Shown: piece after piece, positions 16,302-27,510 of the stretch
Numbering within the stretch: the first letter of the stretch is position 1
Layout: each line of letters opens with the position of its first letter
From: a virus
IMG/VR virus record: IMGVR_UViG_3300020190_000010
Location: 1 to 64,000 of that record
Direction: 5' to 3' (one strand)
DNA: 64,000 nucleotides
Position numbers and translations under genes: made by a program
The notes under the pieces: generated by a model
Told to the model about the DNA's origin: nothing
Database searches by the model: none
What the model saw: only the letters and a program-made list of their open reading frames with translations

Positions 16302-16835
16302 ATGATTTATGACTATGAAAATGATAGAAATTTCGCAAGAGAAATAATTTATTGTGGAATTGGACAATATGAAAGTGTATTGCATTTTGGTGCATGTGAT
16401 CATAATCTAAATTTTATCCAAAATTTGGATGAACATGGTCTTGATATTCAATATACTGCTGTTGATGTTAAAGATGAAGTAAAAACATTATTCACAGACT
16501 TTGAACCAATGGAAAGAACTCATATATGGATTTCTACCCAAGAAAGTATGCAAGAATTTATAGACAACATCGAAGACCAAAAATATAAATGGACAATAAT
16601 AACCGGTTTATTTGATAAACCACTTTATAGTGAGAGGCAGTATCAATACATAGATACTATAATAACAGCTTGTTTAGAGTTTTCTGATAATGTTATATTA
16701 ACGATAGATGAAAATGTATCATCGGATTTTAAGTATAGTATGATATATCTATTCTCACATTTTACAAATGCATATAATGCCGTTACTGTTAAAAAAATAG
16801 ATGCGGGTAAGTATATTTTTCATATAATAAAATAA
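16302..16835 (+). CDS. degenerate class I SAM-methyltransferase-like protein
   Basis: SVLHFGAC, YTAVDV, WTIITGLF mimic motifs I, II and IV. Confidence 0.5.
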   Translation: MIYDYENDRNFAREIIYCGIGQYESVLHFGACDHNLNFIQNLDEHGLDIQYTAVDVKDEVKTLFTDFEPMERTHIWISTQESMQEFIDNIEDQKYKWTIITGLFDKPLYSERQYQYIDTIITACLEFSDNVILTIDENVSSDFKYSMIYLFSHFTNAYNAVTVKKIDAGKYIFHIIK

Positions 16836-16848
16836 CAGGAGCTATGTT

Positions 16849-17100
16849 ATGTTAGAACTTATTTTAATTTTTGTTGCAGGATTCATTGTAGGAATTGTAT
16901 CATCTTGGCTTTATTACCGAGATAAATTCCGAAAAGTATTAACGGAATTGGAAGATAAAAAAATTATCATTTCAACAATCCACGAACATGCAAATCAACT
17001 CGAAAGAGAAAATGTAAAAACATTTGCAAAAGAACATAATGCAAAAGTTACTAAAACCCAAAAAGTTAAAAAAGTCACAAAAAATACTGATAAAAAATAA
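16849..17100 (+). CDS. small membrane-anchored protein
   Basis: N-terminal TM followed by basic coiled coil. Confidence 0.65.
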   Translation: MLELILIFVAGFIVGIVSSWLYYRDKFRKVLTELEDKKIIISTIHEHANQLERENVKTFAKEHNAKVTKTQKVKKVTKNTDKK

Positions 17101-17180
17101 AAAATATTTATTTGTTTTTTTAATTGTTTGACATATATTTATATCAATAACAACCATTTTTTTATTTGTAGGAGATATAA

Positions 17181-17810
17181 ATGGCAATTAAAACAATAGG
17201 TACACAAAAATGGAGTGATACAAATTTAGATGTTCAAACATTTCAAGATGGAACACCTATCGCTGAAATATCCTCATCTGAACAATGGACTGAATATGCT
17301 GATGCAAATATACCAGGATGGTCATATTATGAATTTGATTCGAGTAATGGTGATCTTTATGGAAAACTCTATAATTGGTATGCAGTTTCTCAATCATCTG
17401 CAATATGTCCAATAGGATTTAGAATACCAACTGAAGCCGATTATTCAACATTAGTAACTTATTTAGGTGGAATTGATCCAGCTGGTTACAAAATGAAAAA
17501 TAGGGAATACTGGTTGACCTTGGGTAGAACATCTGGTAATGGTTCAAATGAAAGTAATTTCAAAGCAAATCCTGGTGGATATATCAAATCTGCAACCGCA
17601 GAATTTTGGGATCTCGGATGGAGTAGTAACTTTTGGACACAAACAACAGCATCTGCTTCCGAAATTATCAGTAAAAGATTGTATTGGTCAAATAGAAAGT
17701 GTATATCTGTTGATGCACCAATCGATATGGGACTTTCAGTTAGATTGATTTGCACCGGATCAAGTCAAAATTGTTCAGACGGTGATTTTGATATTACCAA
17801 TATGTTTTAA
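17181..17810 (+). CDS. Fib_succ_major (FISUMP) domain protein
   Basis: IGTQKWSDTNL, YGKLYNWYAV, ICPIGFRIPT, FKANPGG, GLSVRLI. Confidence 0.85.
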   Translation: MAIKTIGTQKWSDTNLDVQTFQDGTPIAEISSSEQWTEYADANIPGWSYYEFDSSNGDLYGKLYNWYAVSQSSAICPIGFRIPTEADYSTLVTYLGGIDPAGYKMKNREYWLTLGRTSGNGSNESNFKANPGGYIKSATAEFWDLGWSSNFWTQTTASASEIISKRLYWSNRKCISVDAPIDMGLSVRLICTGSSQNCSDGDFDITNMF

Positions 17811-17824
17811 TTCGGAGGAATAAA

Positions 17825-18352
17825 ATGAAAAGTTTTATCAGTTTATTATTTGTAACTTTGTTCTTTGTTGGTTGTAATGAGAATATCAACCAACCACAAG
17901 ACATCAGTATGTTTGAAAAAAGAACACCCATCACAAATCGTGATAGTGTAAAAAATCGTGTTCCACTTCAAAGAGCATTAGAATGTCTTAATTTGACAAG
18001 AGAACAAAGATTGGTGATTGATAGTATAATTCGTGAAGAACAAATTTGCACAATGGAATGTAAAAAAGAATTTAATGATGCCATTAAAACATTACAAGAA
18101 CAACATAAGGCAAAATTAGAAAAGTATCGTGGTGTTCGTAAAACAGATGAAATAAAAAAAGAAATTGAAATAATAAATTTTGAATTTCGTCAATTACACC
18201 GAGACTTGTTAAAAGAACATAGACTTAAAATGGAACAATGTGTAAAAAATACATTCATTTATATTGAAGCAATTTTAAGAAAAGACCAACTCACTCTTTG
18301 GAATTTATGGAAGGCAACTGGTAAAATTCCATGTGATAGAGTTAAACCGTAA
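17825..18352 (+). CDS. helical lipoprotein (Spy/CpxP-like)
   Basis: Lipobox LFFVGC; LNLTREQ and ILRKDQ motifs. Confidence 0.6.
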   Translation: MKSFISLLFVTLFFVGCNENINQPQDISMFEKRTPITNRDSVKNRVPLQRALECLNLTREQRLVIDSIIREEQICTMECKKEFNDAIKTLQEQHKAKLEKYRGVRKTDEIKKEIEIINFEFRQLHRDLLKEHRLKMEQCVKNTFIYIEAILRKDQLTLWNLWKATGKIPCDRVKP

Positions 18353-18382
18353 TTACCTATTGTTCGGAATGGGTATCTTATT

Positions 18383-18424
18383 CCCACCGTGTTAATGCAG
18401 AAATGTAAACCGGTGGGTTTTTTT
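18383..18424 (+). terminator. intrinsic terminator
   Basis: CCCACCG...CGGTGGG followed by T7. Confidence 0.65.
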
Positions 18425-18441
18425 ATATTAAAGGTTATGTT

Positions 18442-19125
18442 ATGAAAATTTCTGTAAATTCACTTCATTGGGATAATGTAGATACCAGAATACTGGAATC
18501 ACATAAAATGGTTATGAAACACTTTGATATTCCTATCGAATATCACAATATGAATATCGAACATGGGCTATGGATGAATGCAGTTTGCCGTAATACAGAT
18601 GCAGATGTTTATGTTTTCTTCGATGTTGATTGTGTTCCACTCAATAGAGAAGTTTATGACGAAGCAATCCATTATGTTACTGCAAATGATAGTCTATTTG
18701 GTAATGCACAAGTATCAAATCATATACACCCAAAAACTCATGTGTTTGTTGCACCGTCATTTTTTGTAATAACAAAATCATGTTATGAACAATTGGGAAA
18801 ACCAACCTTCTATCCAACAATTCGTTCAGATGTTGCAGAAGAAATCAGTCATGTTGCTGATGAAATTGGAAAGAGATACCGTTGTCTTTATCCAACAAAG
18901 TTCGATGGTGTTCCTAAAAAAGATGGTGTATGGAGATTATCTAATTATGGTTACTATGGTATAGGAACTGTTTATGAAAATAAAACTTATCATCTTTTTG
19001 AAAGTAGATGGGGAGACCATATAGAATTATTCCAAAAAAGATGCCAACAAATAGTTGATGGTGGATTTAATATGGATGGCATGTATGATAGTCTGGCAGA
19101 GTTTCACGGTCATAAAGTAAAATAA
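18442..19125 (+). CDS. GT-A fold glycosyltransferase
   Basis: VYVFFDVDCVPL DxD motif; APSFFVI; RSDVAE; YHLFESR. Confidence 0.7.
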   Translation: MKISVNSLHWDNVDTRILESHKMVMKHFDIPIEYHNMNIEHGLWMNAVCRNTDADVYVFFDVDCVPLNREVYDEAIHYVTANDSLFGNAQVSNHIHPKTHVFVAPSFFVITKSCYEQLGKPTFYPTIRSDVAEEISHVADEIGKRYRCLYPTKFDGVPKKDGVWRLSNYGYYGIGTVYENKTYHLFESRWGDHIELFQKRCQQIVDGGFNMDGMYDSLAEFHGHKVK

Positions 19126-19127
19126 AT

Positions 19128-19158
19128 TTTGATCTTACAAAAAAGATCCGTATATTGG
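19128..19158 (+). promoter_or_regulatory. -33/-7 type promoter for uvsE
   Basis: TTTGATCTTA spacer 19 nt then TATATTGG. Confidence 0.55.
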
Positions 19159-19194
19159 TGTTGAATTAAACATTATACATTAAAGCCAACTACT

Positions 19195-20100
19195 ATGAAA
19201 CTCGGCTATGCCTGTATCAATATGACCTTATCAAAAGATAAGATTACTACAAATCGTTCAATGATTAAAAAAACCTTTCTACAAAAAGGTATCAATTATT
19301 GTTCCGAACTTGCTCTCCTAAATGTTAAAGATATGGAAACTATACTCAAATGGAATGTTGAGAATGGTATCTATTTCTTCCGAACATCATCAAATGTATT
19401 TCCTTGGGGTTCTGAATATGACTTGAAAACACTACCAGACATTGAAGAAATCAAAATCGTTCTCAAACGAATTGGTGACTATGCAAATGAACACGGTATT
19501 CGTTTATCATGTCATCCTGGACCTTTCAATGTTCTTTGTTCACCAAACGAAAATGTTGTAAAAAATACAATCGTTGATTTGGAATTACACGGTAAAGTAT
19601 TCGATATGATGGGATTATCACATACACCATACAACAAAATCAATATACATTGCAACGGTGTTTATGGTGACAAGATTGCGTCACTTGACCGTTGGTGCCG
19701 TAACTTCAACTTATTATCCCATAGTGTTCGTTCAAGAATGACTATTGAAAATGATGACAAAGCCAGTATGTATTCAGTCAAAGACCTTATGCGTATTCAC
19801 GAATGTATTGGTATTCCAATTGTATTTGACTATCACCACCACCAATTTTGCACAGGTGACTTATCAGAACAACAAGCTCTTGAACTTGCCATATCTACTT
19901 GGCCAGATGGTATTACACCAGTTGTTCATTATTCATCATCACGACTGAAAGAAACAGGTAATTCCAAAGAAAAACCACAGGCACACGCTGATTACATATT
20001 AGAAAAAATCAACACATACGGACATAATGTTGATATTATGTTGGAATGTAAAGCCAAAGAATTAGCCCTCAAACAATACCTAACCGAATATGGTATCTAA
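19195..20100 (+). CDS. uvsE: UV damage endonuclease
   Basis: LGYACIN, RLSCHPGPF, INIH, TIENDD, FDYHHH, HADY, MLECKAKE. Confidence 0.95.
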   Translation: MKLGYACINMTLSKDKITTNRSMIKKTFLQKGINYCSELALLNVKDMETILKWNVENGIYFFRTSSNVFPWGSEYDLKTLPDIEEIKIVLKRIGDYANEHGIRLSCHPGPFNVLCSPNENVVKNTIVDLELHGKVFDMMGLSHTPYNKINIHCNGVYGDKIASLDRWCRNFNLLSHSVRSRMTIENDDKASMYSVKDLMRIHECIGIPIVFDYHHHQFCTGDLSEQQALELAISTWPDGITPVVHYSSSRLKETGNSKEKPQAHADYILEKINTYGHNVDIMLECKAKELALKQYLTEYGI

Positions 20101-20161
20101 CCTATAAATTCCAAAAGTTCATATTTATGATTACATGATTATGAACAAAAATGGGATATAA

Positions 20162-21205
20162 ATGTCAAGTAAATTACTTTCTCTGAAAAATCTAATCTGG
20201 TTTTGTGCGATTGGATTAGCTGTTTTTTCGGGTTATTATTCTGTTTACGGCATATCCAAATTATTTTCTGGTGGATCTTGGTCAATCGTGGGGATGGCTG
20301 GGATGTTGGAATTTTCAAAATTAGTGGTTATCACATTCCTACATGACCACTATAAAACCCTAAAAACTACCTTCAAAGTTTACCTTATTAGTGCAGCCGC
20401 TGTCCTTATGATATTGACATCGGTTGGTGTTTATGGATATTTAACCAATTCTTACCAGGAAACTGCAAAGTCAATATATGAAACACAGAATAAAATTGCA
20501 CTAATTGATAAGAAAAAAGAAATCTTTGTTGAACAAAAAAACCAAATAGATACTCTTGTAAAACAAAAATCACAAAGAATATCATCTTATGACCAATTGA
20601 GATTTACCCAAGAAACATCTTTGAACGCACAACTATCATCAAAGAAAGGAACAAAGGGATTGCAGAGAAATATTCAATCCGTAGATAATTCAACTCAAAC
20701 ACTAAATAAAGAAATATCGGAACTAAATCAAAAATCTATTGGTTTATCTGATAGTCTTGCTAAATTGGAACAAGAAAAATTGATATTAGAAAATTCTACA
20801 TTTACATCAGAAATAGGACCATTATTGTATTTGAGTAGATTAACTGGTGCACCAATGGACATAATAGTTAATTGGTTTATACTCGTTCTTGTATCAGTAT
20901 TTGATCCCCTTGCAGTTAGTTTGGTAATAGCAGCAAATCATCTTCGTCATAAGGAAAAGGAGATACCACCGGAAGATGATGAAAGTCCACCACCACCAAA
21001 AAATAAAAAAGTTGTGGAAACCGTTGTAGATGTTGTGGAACCCCCAAAAGAAAAAAAAATTGTTACACACAAAAAACAAAAAATAAAAAAAGATTTGGCA
21101 GTTCAAGAAGAAATTGGTATATTAGACGAACAAGAAGAACAAAGGGCATTCTATGAAGAACCACCTAGACCCGATTTAGGTTATAGGAGGGGAATATCTT
21201 TTTAG
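20162..21205 (+). CDS. membrane protein with long coiled coil
   Basis: Three N-terminal TMs (YSVYGI, LEFSKLV, LTSVGVYGYL), coiled coil, FDPLAV TM. Confidence 0.75.
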   Translation: MSSKLLSLKNLIWFCAIGLAVFSGYYSVYGISKLFSGGSWSIVGMAGMLEFSKLVVITFLHDHYKTLKTTFKVYLISAAAVLMILTSVGVYGYLTNSYQETAKSIYETQNKIALIDKKKEIFVEQKNQIDTLVKQKSQRISSYDQLRFTQETSLNAQLSSKKGTKGLQRNIQSVDNSTQTLNKEISELNQKSIGLSDSLAKLEQEKLILENSTFTSEIGPLLYLSRLTGAPMDIIVNWFILVLVSVFDPLAVSLVIAANHLRHKEKEIPPEDDESPPPPKNKKVVETVVDVVEPPKEKKIVTHKKQKIKKDLAVQEEIGILDEQEEQRAFYEEPPRPDLGYRRGISF

Positions 21206-21240
21206 AATGTCATTATCATATTTTAACAAGGAGTTCTACT

Positions 21241-21900
21241 ATGAACGATTTTTATGATGGTGAAGATACTGATGAAGAAAAATTAGCAAGTAATAAATCA
21301 AAAGAAAGTGAAAATGATATTCCAGTTAGGTGGAAAGAAGCAACTACACAAATGGATTATGGTATTGATGTTGAGACATCCTCTGTATTGTTGTTCGGTG
21401 AAATAATGGATGGTAGTTTATATGATATTATCACTCGTATTCGTGCAATACTACACATGAGAAAAGATGAAAATAAAAATGATCCTATTAACTTGATTAT
21501 CAATTCAGATGGTGGTTCAGTATATGAGGCACTTGGCATCATTGATTATATTCAAAGTCTTGATGTTAAAGTAAACACAATTTGTAGGGGTAGAGCAATG
21601 TCTGCTGCTGCTCTTATTCTTTGTGCAGGAACCGGTATTCGTGCTGCTTCTCAATACAGCACAATCATGTTCCATGAAATAAGTTCAGATATTTACGGTA
21701 AATCTTCTGATATGAAAGCCAATGTTCAACACATGGAAAAATTGGAAGAAATACTTTTGGGAATACTAAAATCAAATTCAAACAAAGAAAAAGAGTATTG
21801 GAAAAATGTAACAATCAAGGATTATTATATCACACCGAAAGATGCATTAGATATGGGTGTAATTGATGCAATAATTCCACCAAAACATAAGAGAGGTTGA
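21241..21900 (+). CDS. clpP: ClpP-family protease
   Basis: INSDGGSV, GRAMSAAA (Ser), IMFHE (His), KDYY (Asp), ALDMGVID. Confidence 0.9.
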   Translation: MNDFYDGEDTDEEKLASNKSKESENDIPVRWKEATTQMDYGIDVETSSVLLFGEIMDGSLYDIITRIRAILHMRKDENKNDPINLIINSDGGSVYEALGIIDYIQSLDVKVNTICRGRAMSAAALILCAGTGIRAASQYSTIMFHEISSDIYGKSSDMKANVQHMEKLEEILLGILKSNSNKEKEYWKNVTIKDYYITPKDALDMGVIDAIIPPKHKRG

Positions 21901-21901
21901 T

Positions 21902-22267
21902 ATGATAATTGAAATAATTGTTTTATCCGTTTTATTAACGGCATCGGTATATGTAAATGTAAACTTGTATAAAAAGTTTGATAAATTGGAAGAAATGGCA
22001 GAAAATAGTGTTGATACACTTTTAGAAAATGAAAGGTTCCTAACCGAATTAAAAAATAGAGTTTTATCACAACAATCCTATTTAAGACAATTAGATAGGA
22101 TTGGTTCGTTTGAAGCCGACGATGAAACAGGATATTTTTTCAAAGAAATGAAAGATATTGTAAATGATATTGTAGTTTATTTTGGTGAAGCACCATTGGA
22201 TGATCAAAGAAGTTCTGTTCTTGAAAAACCAAAATTTGATGTAAGATTTGAAAAGGACTATCTATGA
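21902..22267 (+). CDS. membrane-anchored hypothetical protein
   Basis: N-terminal TM; GSFEADDETGYFF. Confidence 0.7.
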   Translation: MIIEIIVLSVLLTASVYVNVNLYKKFDKLEEMAENSVDTLLENERFLTELKNRVLSQQSYLRQLDRIGSFEADDETGYFFKEMKDIVNDIVVYFGEAPLDDQRSSVLEKPKFDVRFEKDYL

Positions 22268-22998
22268 AACAAAAACGAACTCCCAAAAAACCTAATATTT
22301 ACTTTACACAAGAAACGGAAGATGCGATAGTATTGTATAATTCGATGGAAGATGACATTCAAAGAAATATCATTTATACTAAAAAAATACATCCTGCATT
22401 TTACAAATTAGCAGAAATAATGATACATCGTTTTAAGTTTTACAATTTTGATGTAGGACACGAAGATGTTAAACATGAAGTCATATCTTTTCTTCACGAA
22501 AAAATTGGAAAATATAAAGCAGAAAACGGTAAAGCATTTTCTTACTTTTCAATTGTTGCTAAGAATTATCTAATTGCAGAAAATAATAAAAACTATTATC
22601 ATTTTAAGCGTAGTCAAGATATTGGTGCAATTGATTTGGAAAGAAATGTTGTAAATGAAAAAATAAGAAAAGATTTAATTGAAGAAAAATCAGACTTTAT
22701 TGATCAGTTCATAATTGTTTTTGAAAAATACTTACCATTATTTTTTTCAAAAAAGAGAGACATTCAAGTTGCTGACACAATAATCTATCTTTTTAGAACA
22801 AGAGATAACATTGAAAACTATAATAAAAAGGCAATTTATATTTTGATACGAGAAAGAACTGGAATAACATCACAATACATAACAAATGTAATAACAAAAG
22901 TAAAACTAATATATGCAAAATTATATGGTGAATACAAAAATGGTGTTAATATAGATAATTTATCATGGTATCAAATACAAGACATTATTTCAAACTAA
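22264..22998 (+). CDS. T4 gp55-like late-transcription sigma factor
   Basis: FYKLAEIMIHRFKF..EDVKHEVISFL..KYKAENGKAFSYFSIVAKNYL parallels sigma region 2 of gp55. Confidence 0.65.
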   Translation: MKQKRTPKKPNIYFTQETEDAIVLYNSMEDDIQRNIIYTKKIHPAFYKLAEIMIHRFKFYNFDVGHEDVKHEVISFLHEKIGKYKAENGKAFSYFSIVAKNYLIAENNKNYYHFKRSQDIGAIDLERNVVNEKIRKDLIEEKSDFIDQFIIVFEKYLPLFFSKKRDIQVADTIIYLFRTRDNIENYNKKAIYILIRERTGITSQYITNVITKVKLIYAKLYGEYKNGVNIDNLSWYQIQDIISN

Positions 22999-23013
22999 AC
23001 TATATTTATTTAT

Positions 23014-23403
23014 ATGAACTTTAATCAAGAACTTTTTGGTAATAAAAAATTTTCTGACTTGTTAAAAGACATCTATGACAATCAGAAAAAGAAAGATCGG
23101 CAAATAAATTTACTTATTGCTGATCTAAAACCTATGTTAAATAACATAAGTGATGCTGCTATTTTAGTTCCAGCTATCAAAGATTTCATTGAAGTTTCAG
23201 TTAAGAATGATGAACATTTAGTTAAATTAGCTGCTGTTATACAACGTGCTGTTAGTAATAAGGGTGAAGAAACATCTTCGTTCTTGACTGATGAAGAAAA
23301 AGAAGCTCTATTAAAGGGCATTCAAGAAATTCAAGAAGAACAAGAGGAAGAAGAAATTGGCACTAGATCCACAAAAGACCCAAATCAACGGCCAGACCTA
23401 TGA
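23014..23403 (+). CDS. hypothetical helical protein
   Basis: ORF after TATATTTAT; coiled coil. Confidence 0.7.
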   Translation: MNFNQELFGNKKFSDLLKDIYDNQKKKDRQINLLIADLKPMLNNISDAAILVPAIKDFIEVSVKNDEHLVKLAAVIQRAVSNKGEETSSFLTDEEKEALLKGIQEIQEEQEEEEIGTRSTKDPNQRPDL

Positions 23404-25705
23404 GAATATACCTGCAGAGGTAGTTGCTGTTGATTTTGATGGAAAGAGTAAAGAGAAATTGTATACAATTCAATGTAAATTGATTGGTGCATTTGGCTCT
23501 CAAGCAAATAATAATGTAGTTGCCGCTCGTGCACTTGATGCTAACATAAAAAATATACCCATAAAGGGCGAAGTTGTTATGTTATTAAAAGCACCAACTG
23601 CATATAATAGTGCATTAAGAACTGGTCAAGAATACTATTATACAAATCCTGTTTCTGTGCAGAGTTCAATACACCACAATGGTTTGCCAGGAATAACTGA
23701 CATGGGTAAATCTGCACTAAATACCAGTCCTAGTGCTAGAGAAAATGCACAAGATGGTGTTACTGCACAAGTAACATCAAGACTAAATGTAAATAAGACA
23801 ATAGATCCAGGATTTCCAGAAAGAAATGATGTTTACCCAATACAACCATTTCCTGGAGATATTATCATAGAAGGTAGATGGGGACAATCAATACGATTTG
23901 GTTCTACCGTTGATGAAAGACGAGAATATCCACAAAAACCATTATGGAAAAAAGGATTGGGTGATACAGGAAACCCAATACTAATAATATCAAATGGAAC
24001 CAATCCAGATTCAAAACCTTTCAATGAATTTATACTTGAAGATCCAGATAAAGATGATTCTGCAATTTGGATGACATCTGGTCAAGCATTAAACTTTACA
24101 CCTGCATCCGAATACAAGGATGCTGCAACAAATAGAAGTGTTGATCTTCATAGTGCAAATGCCTTTTCAGGAAATCAAATTCTCATGGCTTCTGATAGAA
24201 TTATACTAAATGCACGAAAACAAGAAATTATGGCATTTAGTTCGGAAGGTATAGGATTATCTTCAAACAAAGGTGTTACTATTGATGGTGGACAGGTAGT
24301 AGAGTTAGAATCACAGAGAATAAATTTGGGTATAAATGCAGTTTCTCCTGTTTTAATGGGGGATAGAACACTTCAATGGCTTGGTGATTTATGTGACGCA
24401 TTGGCAAATTTATGCACAAATATATCAAATCAAACACATCCAACGGGAACAGGACCATCTGGTCCACCAATAAATGCTGCCGCATTTAATTTAGTAAAAT
24501 CAAAAATAAAATCGTTAAGATCATCATTAAAAAATTTACCAAGTGATTTAGTTTTTGTATGTGAATCTGGTGGTGGACCAAGTGCAGCGGAACAAGAAAA
24601 AGCGGAAGAAAGGGCAGATAGTGATAAAGGGTATGTTGAACCAACACCAACAAGTGAACATGGTGGTGATAGAGCAGATTCATTAGCTGCTGAACCAGAA
24701 GATCCTCAACCAACTAATGTTGTGACTATACTGACTGATATTAAAAAAGTTGAAGAAGAAAAACAAAAAATACTAAAAGAAATATCAGAAAAATCCGGCG
24801 TTTCAACAGATCCTGCACCTGTAAATATTGATCCAAATAGTCAAGATACATCTGGTACATCGGGAACTTCTGGTACATCGGGAACTTCTGGAACAACAGG
24901 AACTTCTGGAACAACAGGAACTTCTGGAACAACAGGAACTTCTGGAACAAACGGCACACAGGGTGTAAATGAAAATGTAATTCCAGGAACAGTTTCATCA
25001 ACAAATCCAAATGGTATAACATTTGAGCAAATGGGTGTAGATAAGACTAAAATGAAATTTGTTAATGGTAAGTGGGATTATGATGGTAGTATATCATTTG
25101 TTGGTAAAAATATATTAAATAAAGTTCAATCCACAACTGGACCAGATTTATATGAAATCCCAATACCTTTTGGGAAGGTAAAAGGATCATTTATAGTAAG
25201 TAATTGTAAATTAAAATCACTTGTAAATGCACCACAAGAGGCAGAAAAATTCTTCTGTGATGATAACCGTGACTTAAAATCACTTGTTGGTGGTCCTAAA
25301 AGAGTAGAATTTTTTGGATGTAAGAAAACTGGTATAACAAATCTTGTGGGTGGTCCTGAATATGTTAAATTAGGTATGGATGTTAGATATAATAATTTGA
25401 ATAGTTTAACTGGAGCACCTACAAAATTTGGAGATAAAGCTCAATTTGAATGTAGTGGTAATGTAAACCTAAAATCTTTGGTTGGACTACCAAGTGATTA
25501 TACTGGATGGGCTTTCCAAAGAGTTGTAGCAAGAGATTGTGATTTGAAAAATGATACTATATTTGCAGGAATGACCCAATTAAAAATTACAGGTGGAACA
25601 ATATCTGTTGGATCACAAAATAATTATTTTGACGATGATGGTGTTTTATTAGACAAAGAAATGATAAAAGAATTTACGGGTGCAACAAATATTTTTGTTG
25701 AATAA
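23357..25705 (+). CDS. baseplate central spike (gp5/VgrG-like) with C-terminal LRR
   Basis: N-terminal OB-fold (PIKGEVV), [20 protein letters not shown], tip motif [16 protein letters not shown] linker, LKSLVGGP repeats. Confidence 0.75.
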   Translation: MALDPQKTQINGQTYENIPAEVVAVDFDGKSKEKLYTIQCKLIGAFGSQANNNVVAARALDANIKNIPIKGEVVMLLKAPTAYNSALRTGQEYYYTNPVSVQSSIHHNGLPGITDMGKSALNTSPSARENAQDGVTAQVTSRLNVNKTIDPGFPERNDVYPIQPFPGDIIIEGRWGQSIRFGSTVDERREYPQKPLWKKGLGDTGNPILIISNGTNPDSKPFNEFILEDPDKDDSAIWMTSGQALNFTPASEYKDAATNRSVDLHSANAFSGNQILMASDRIILNARKQEIMAFSSEGIGLSSNKGVTIDGGQVVELESQRINLGINAVSPVLMGDRTLQWLGDLCDALANLCTNISNQTHPTGTGPSGPPINAAAFNLVKSKIKSLRSSLKNLPSDLVFVCESGGGPSAAEQEKAEERADSDKGYVEPTPTSEHGGDRADSLAAEPEDPQPTNVVTILTDIKKVEEEKQKILKEISEKSGVSTDPAPVNIDPNSQDTSGTSGTSGTSGTSGTTGTSGTTGTSGTTGTSGTNGTQGVNENVIPGTVSSTNPNGITFEQMGVDKTKMKFVNGKWDYDGSISFVGKNILNKVQSTTGPDLYEIPIPFGKVKGSFIVSNCKLKSLVNAPQEAEKFFCDDNRDLKSLVGGPKRVEFFGCKKTGITNLVGGPEYVKLGMDVRYNNLNSLTGAPTKFGDKAQFECSGNVNLKSLVGLPSDYTGWAFQRVVARDCDLKNDTIFAGMTQLKITGGTISVGSQNNYFDDDGVLLDKEMIKEFTGATNIFVE
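24892..24972 (+). repeat. 81-bp segment duplicated at 29338-29418
   Basis: 79/81 identical; encodes TTGTSG x3 + TNGTQGVN. Confidence 0.9.
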
Positions 25706-25719
25706 AATGGAGAAGTTTA

Positions 25720-27498
25720 ATGCCAAACCCTAATATAAATAAATTATTTGAAAATGTTTCACAAGAAAATTTATCGTATGAGTATTCCAAATCAAAAGCG
25801 ATAGGTGATAGAACTTCAAATATAATTGGTAGTGTAAAAAACAATATACTAAAAGATATTCCTAGTATAGATGACATATCAAATTTATCCGCAAATAAAT
25901 TAGGATCTTTTGCTAAAAGTATTGGATCAAATACAAACATATTAAGAAAATTATCAAGAATAACTGATAGTATAAATTTATCTGATATTGCAAGTGGTGA
26001 TATAAATAAAATAAAACAAAGATTATTAGAACAACTTGAATTGACAAATTTAGTAGAAGATGCATTGAATCCAGATGTATTAGAAATGTTGGCGCAATCT
26101 GTTGGTATTTCTGTTCCAACTCTTGATAAAATGTTAAATTCTTCAATAAAAATAAAAACATTTTCAGATATAAAAAATATGGAAATATACAATATATTGG
26201 ATTCTGTTTTTAAGAAAAAATTGATAGATGATAATGGTCTTCGAGATGAAAAATTACTTGAATCGGTTGTTAAAATTTCTACATTATTATATTCAAAAAA
26301 TGAAGATGATAGAAAAGAAGCAGAAAAATTGGCATTATCACTTGAAATAGATTTTATTGATTTAATGACACCTAGAGATACAGAACCTGATATAGAAAAT
26401 TATCCAAATAGTTTACCAATAGAACAAAGTATCTGGATAACTAATTTTTCAAAAATAGATTATAGGGTACAAAAAGTAGCTGCAATTGCAATGGGTTTTG
26501 GAATTGAAGAAAGTGGTGTACTTGAATTGCGAGATATGATAGAAAAAATAAATAAATATGTGCAATTATCTGCTGAGTCAAACTCGTTAAGAACATCATT
26601 AACTGACCATATCAATGATATAGAATTACAAAGTGTTAATAATAAAGATGCTTTTAAGAACTATAAAGAAGAACATGGATTAAATGATGAAGAATTTGAT
26701 GAATCTATACAAACAGCATTTTCTCCAGAATTTACAAATTTTGGAGAAGATGCATTATGCAGTGAAGCAGTAGATCCCGATGAAAGAGATAATCCAGATA
26801 CACCAGAAAATGAAGAAGAAACTGGTGGTGATGCAAGAACATCAAACGATCCAATATGGGAGTTGGGACTATCACCACAACTTGTAATAAGAGAAGAAAT
26901 AACAAATGAAATTATTGGCTATAATGGAACTATTGATTTAAGGAATAAGAAACAATATACTACTGGAGAAATAGTTACCAGCATACCATTCAAATTTAAG
27001 ACTGTAAATGGTAATTTTATTTGTAGAGATATTGGGTTGAAAGATTTAACAAATGCGCCAGATTTGGTAACTGGAAATTTTGATTGTTCAAATAATAATT
27101 TACAATCTTTACAAGGTGCACCTAAACAAGTAAATGGTGAATTTAATGCTGCAAATAATAAAATAACATCATTAGAAGGTTTACCTAGATCGTGTAGTGG
27201 TATAACATTAAGACAAAATGACATAAGTTCATTGGACATATCATATCCAGTATCTATTCTTAATGGAGGAAATTTTAATGTTAGTAATAACGATATTAAA
27301 TCACTACTTAGCGGTGATATAACAGTAGACGGAGAATTTAACATTTCTTCAAATCAATTGTCAAATGATAATTTGAATTTACAAAGATGTTTAATAAGAG
27401 TAAAAACTAAATTTATTGCAAAAAATCAAAGAGACGGTGTATTAAATTCAAGGTTATTACAAGATAAATTTGGTAGTGACATAACATATGAAGTTTAA
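25720..27498 (+). CDS. protein with C-terminal leucine-rich repeats
   Basis: VTGNFDCSNNNLQSLQGAPKQVNGEFNAANNKITSLEGLP repeats. Confidence 0.75.
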   Translation: MPNPNINKLFENVSQENLSYEYSKSKAIGDRTSNIIGSVKNNILKDIPSIDDISNLSANKLGSFAKSIGSNTNILRKLSRITDSINLSDIASGDINKIKQRLLEQLELTNLVEDALNPDVLEMLAQSVGISVPTLDKMLNSSIKIKTFSDIKNMEIYNILDSVFKKKLIDDNGLRDEKLLESVVKISTLLYSKNEDDRKEAEKLALSLEIDFIDLMTPRDTEPDIENYPNSLPIEQSIWITNFSKIDYRVQKVAAIAMGFGIEESGVLELRDMIEKINKYVQLSAESNSLRTSLTDHINDIELQSVNNKDAFKNYKEEHGLNDEEFDESIQTAFSPEFTNFGEDALCSEAVDPDERDNPDTPENEEETGGDARTSNDPIWELGLSPQLVIREEITNEIIGYNGTIDLRNKKQYTTGEIVTSIPFKFKTVNGNFICRDIGLKDLTNAPDLVTGNFDCSNNNLQSLQGAPKQVNGEFNAANNKITSLEGLPRSCSGITLRQNDISSLDISYPVSILNGGNFNVSNNDIKSLLSGDITVDGEFNISSNQLSNDNLNLQRCLIRVKTKFIAKNQRDGVLNSRLLQDKFGSDITYEV

Positions 27499-27510
27499 TT
27501 GGAGATTATT

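Noticed and set aside
23014-23403. Terminase small subunit call
   Set aside because: Only size and helical character fit; no diagnostic motif and no large subunit nearby
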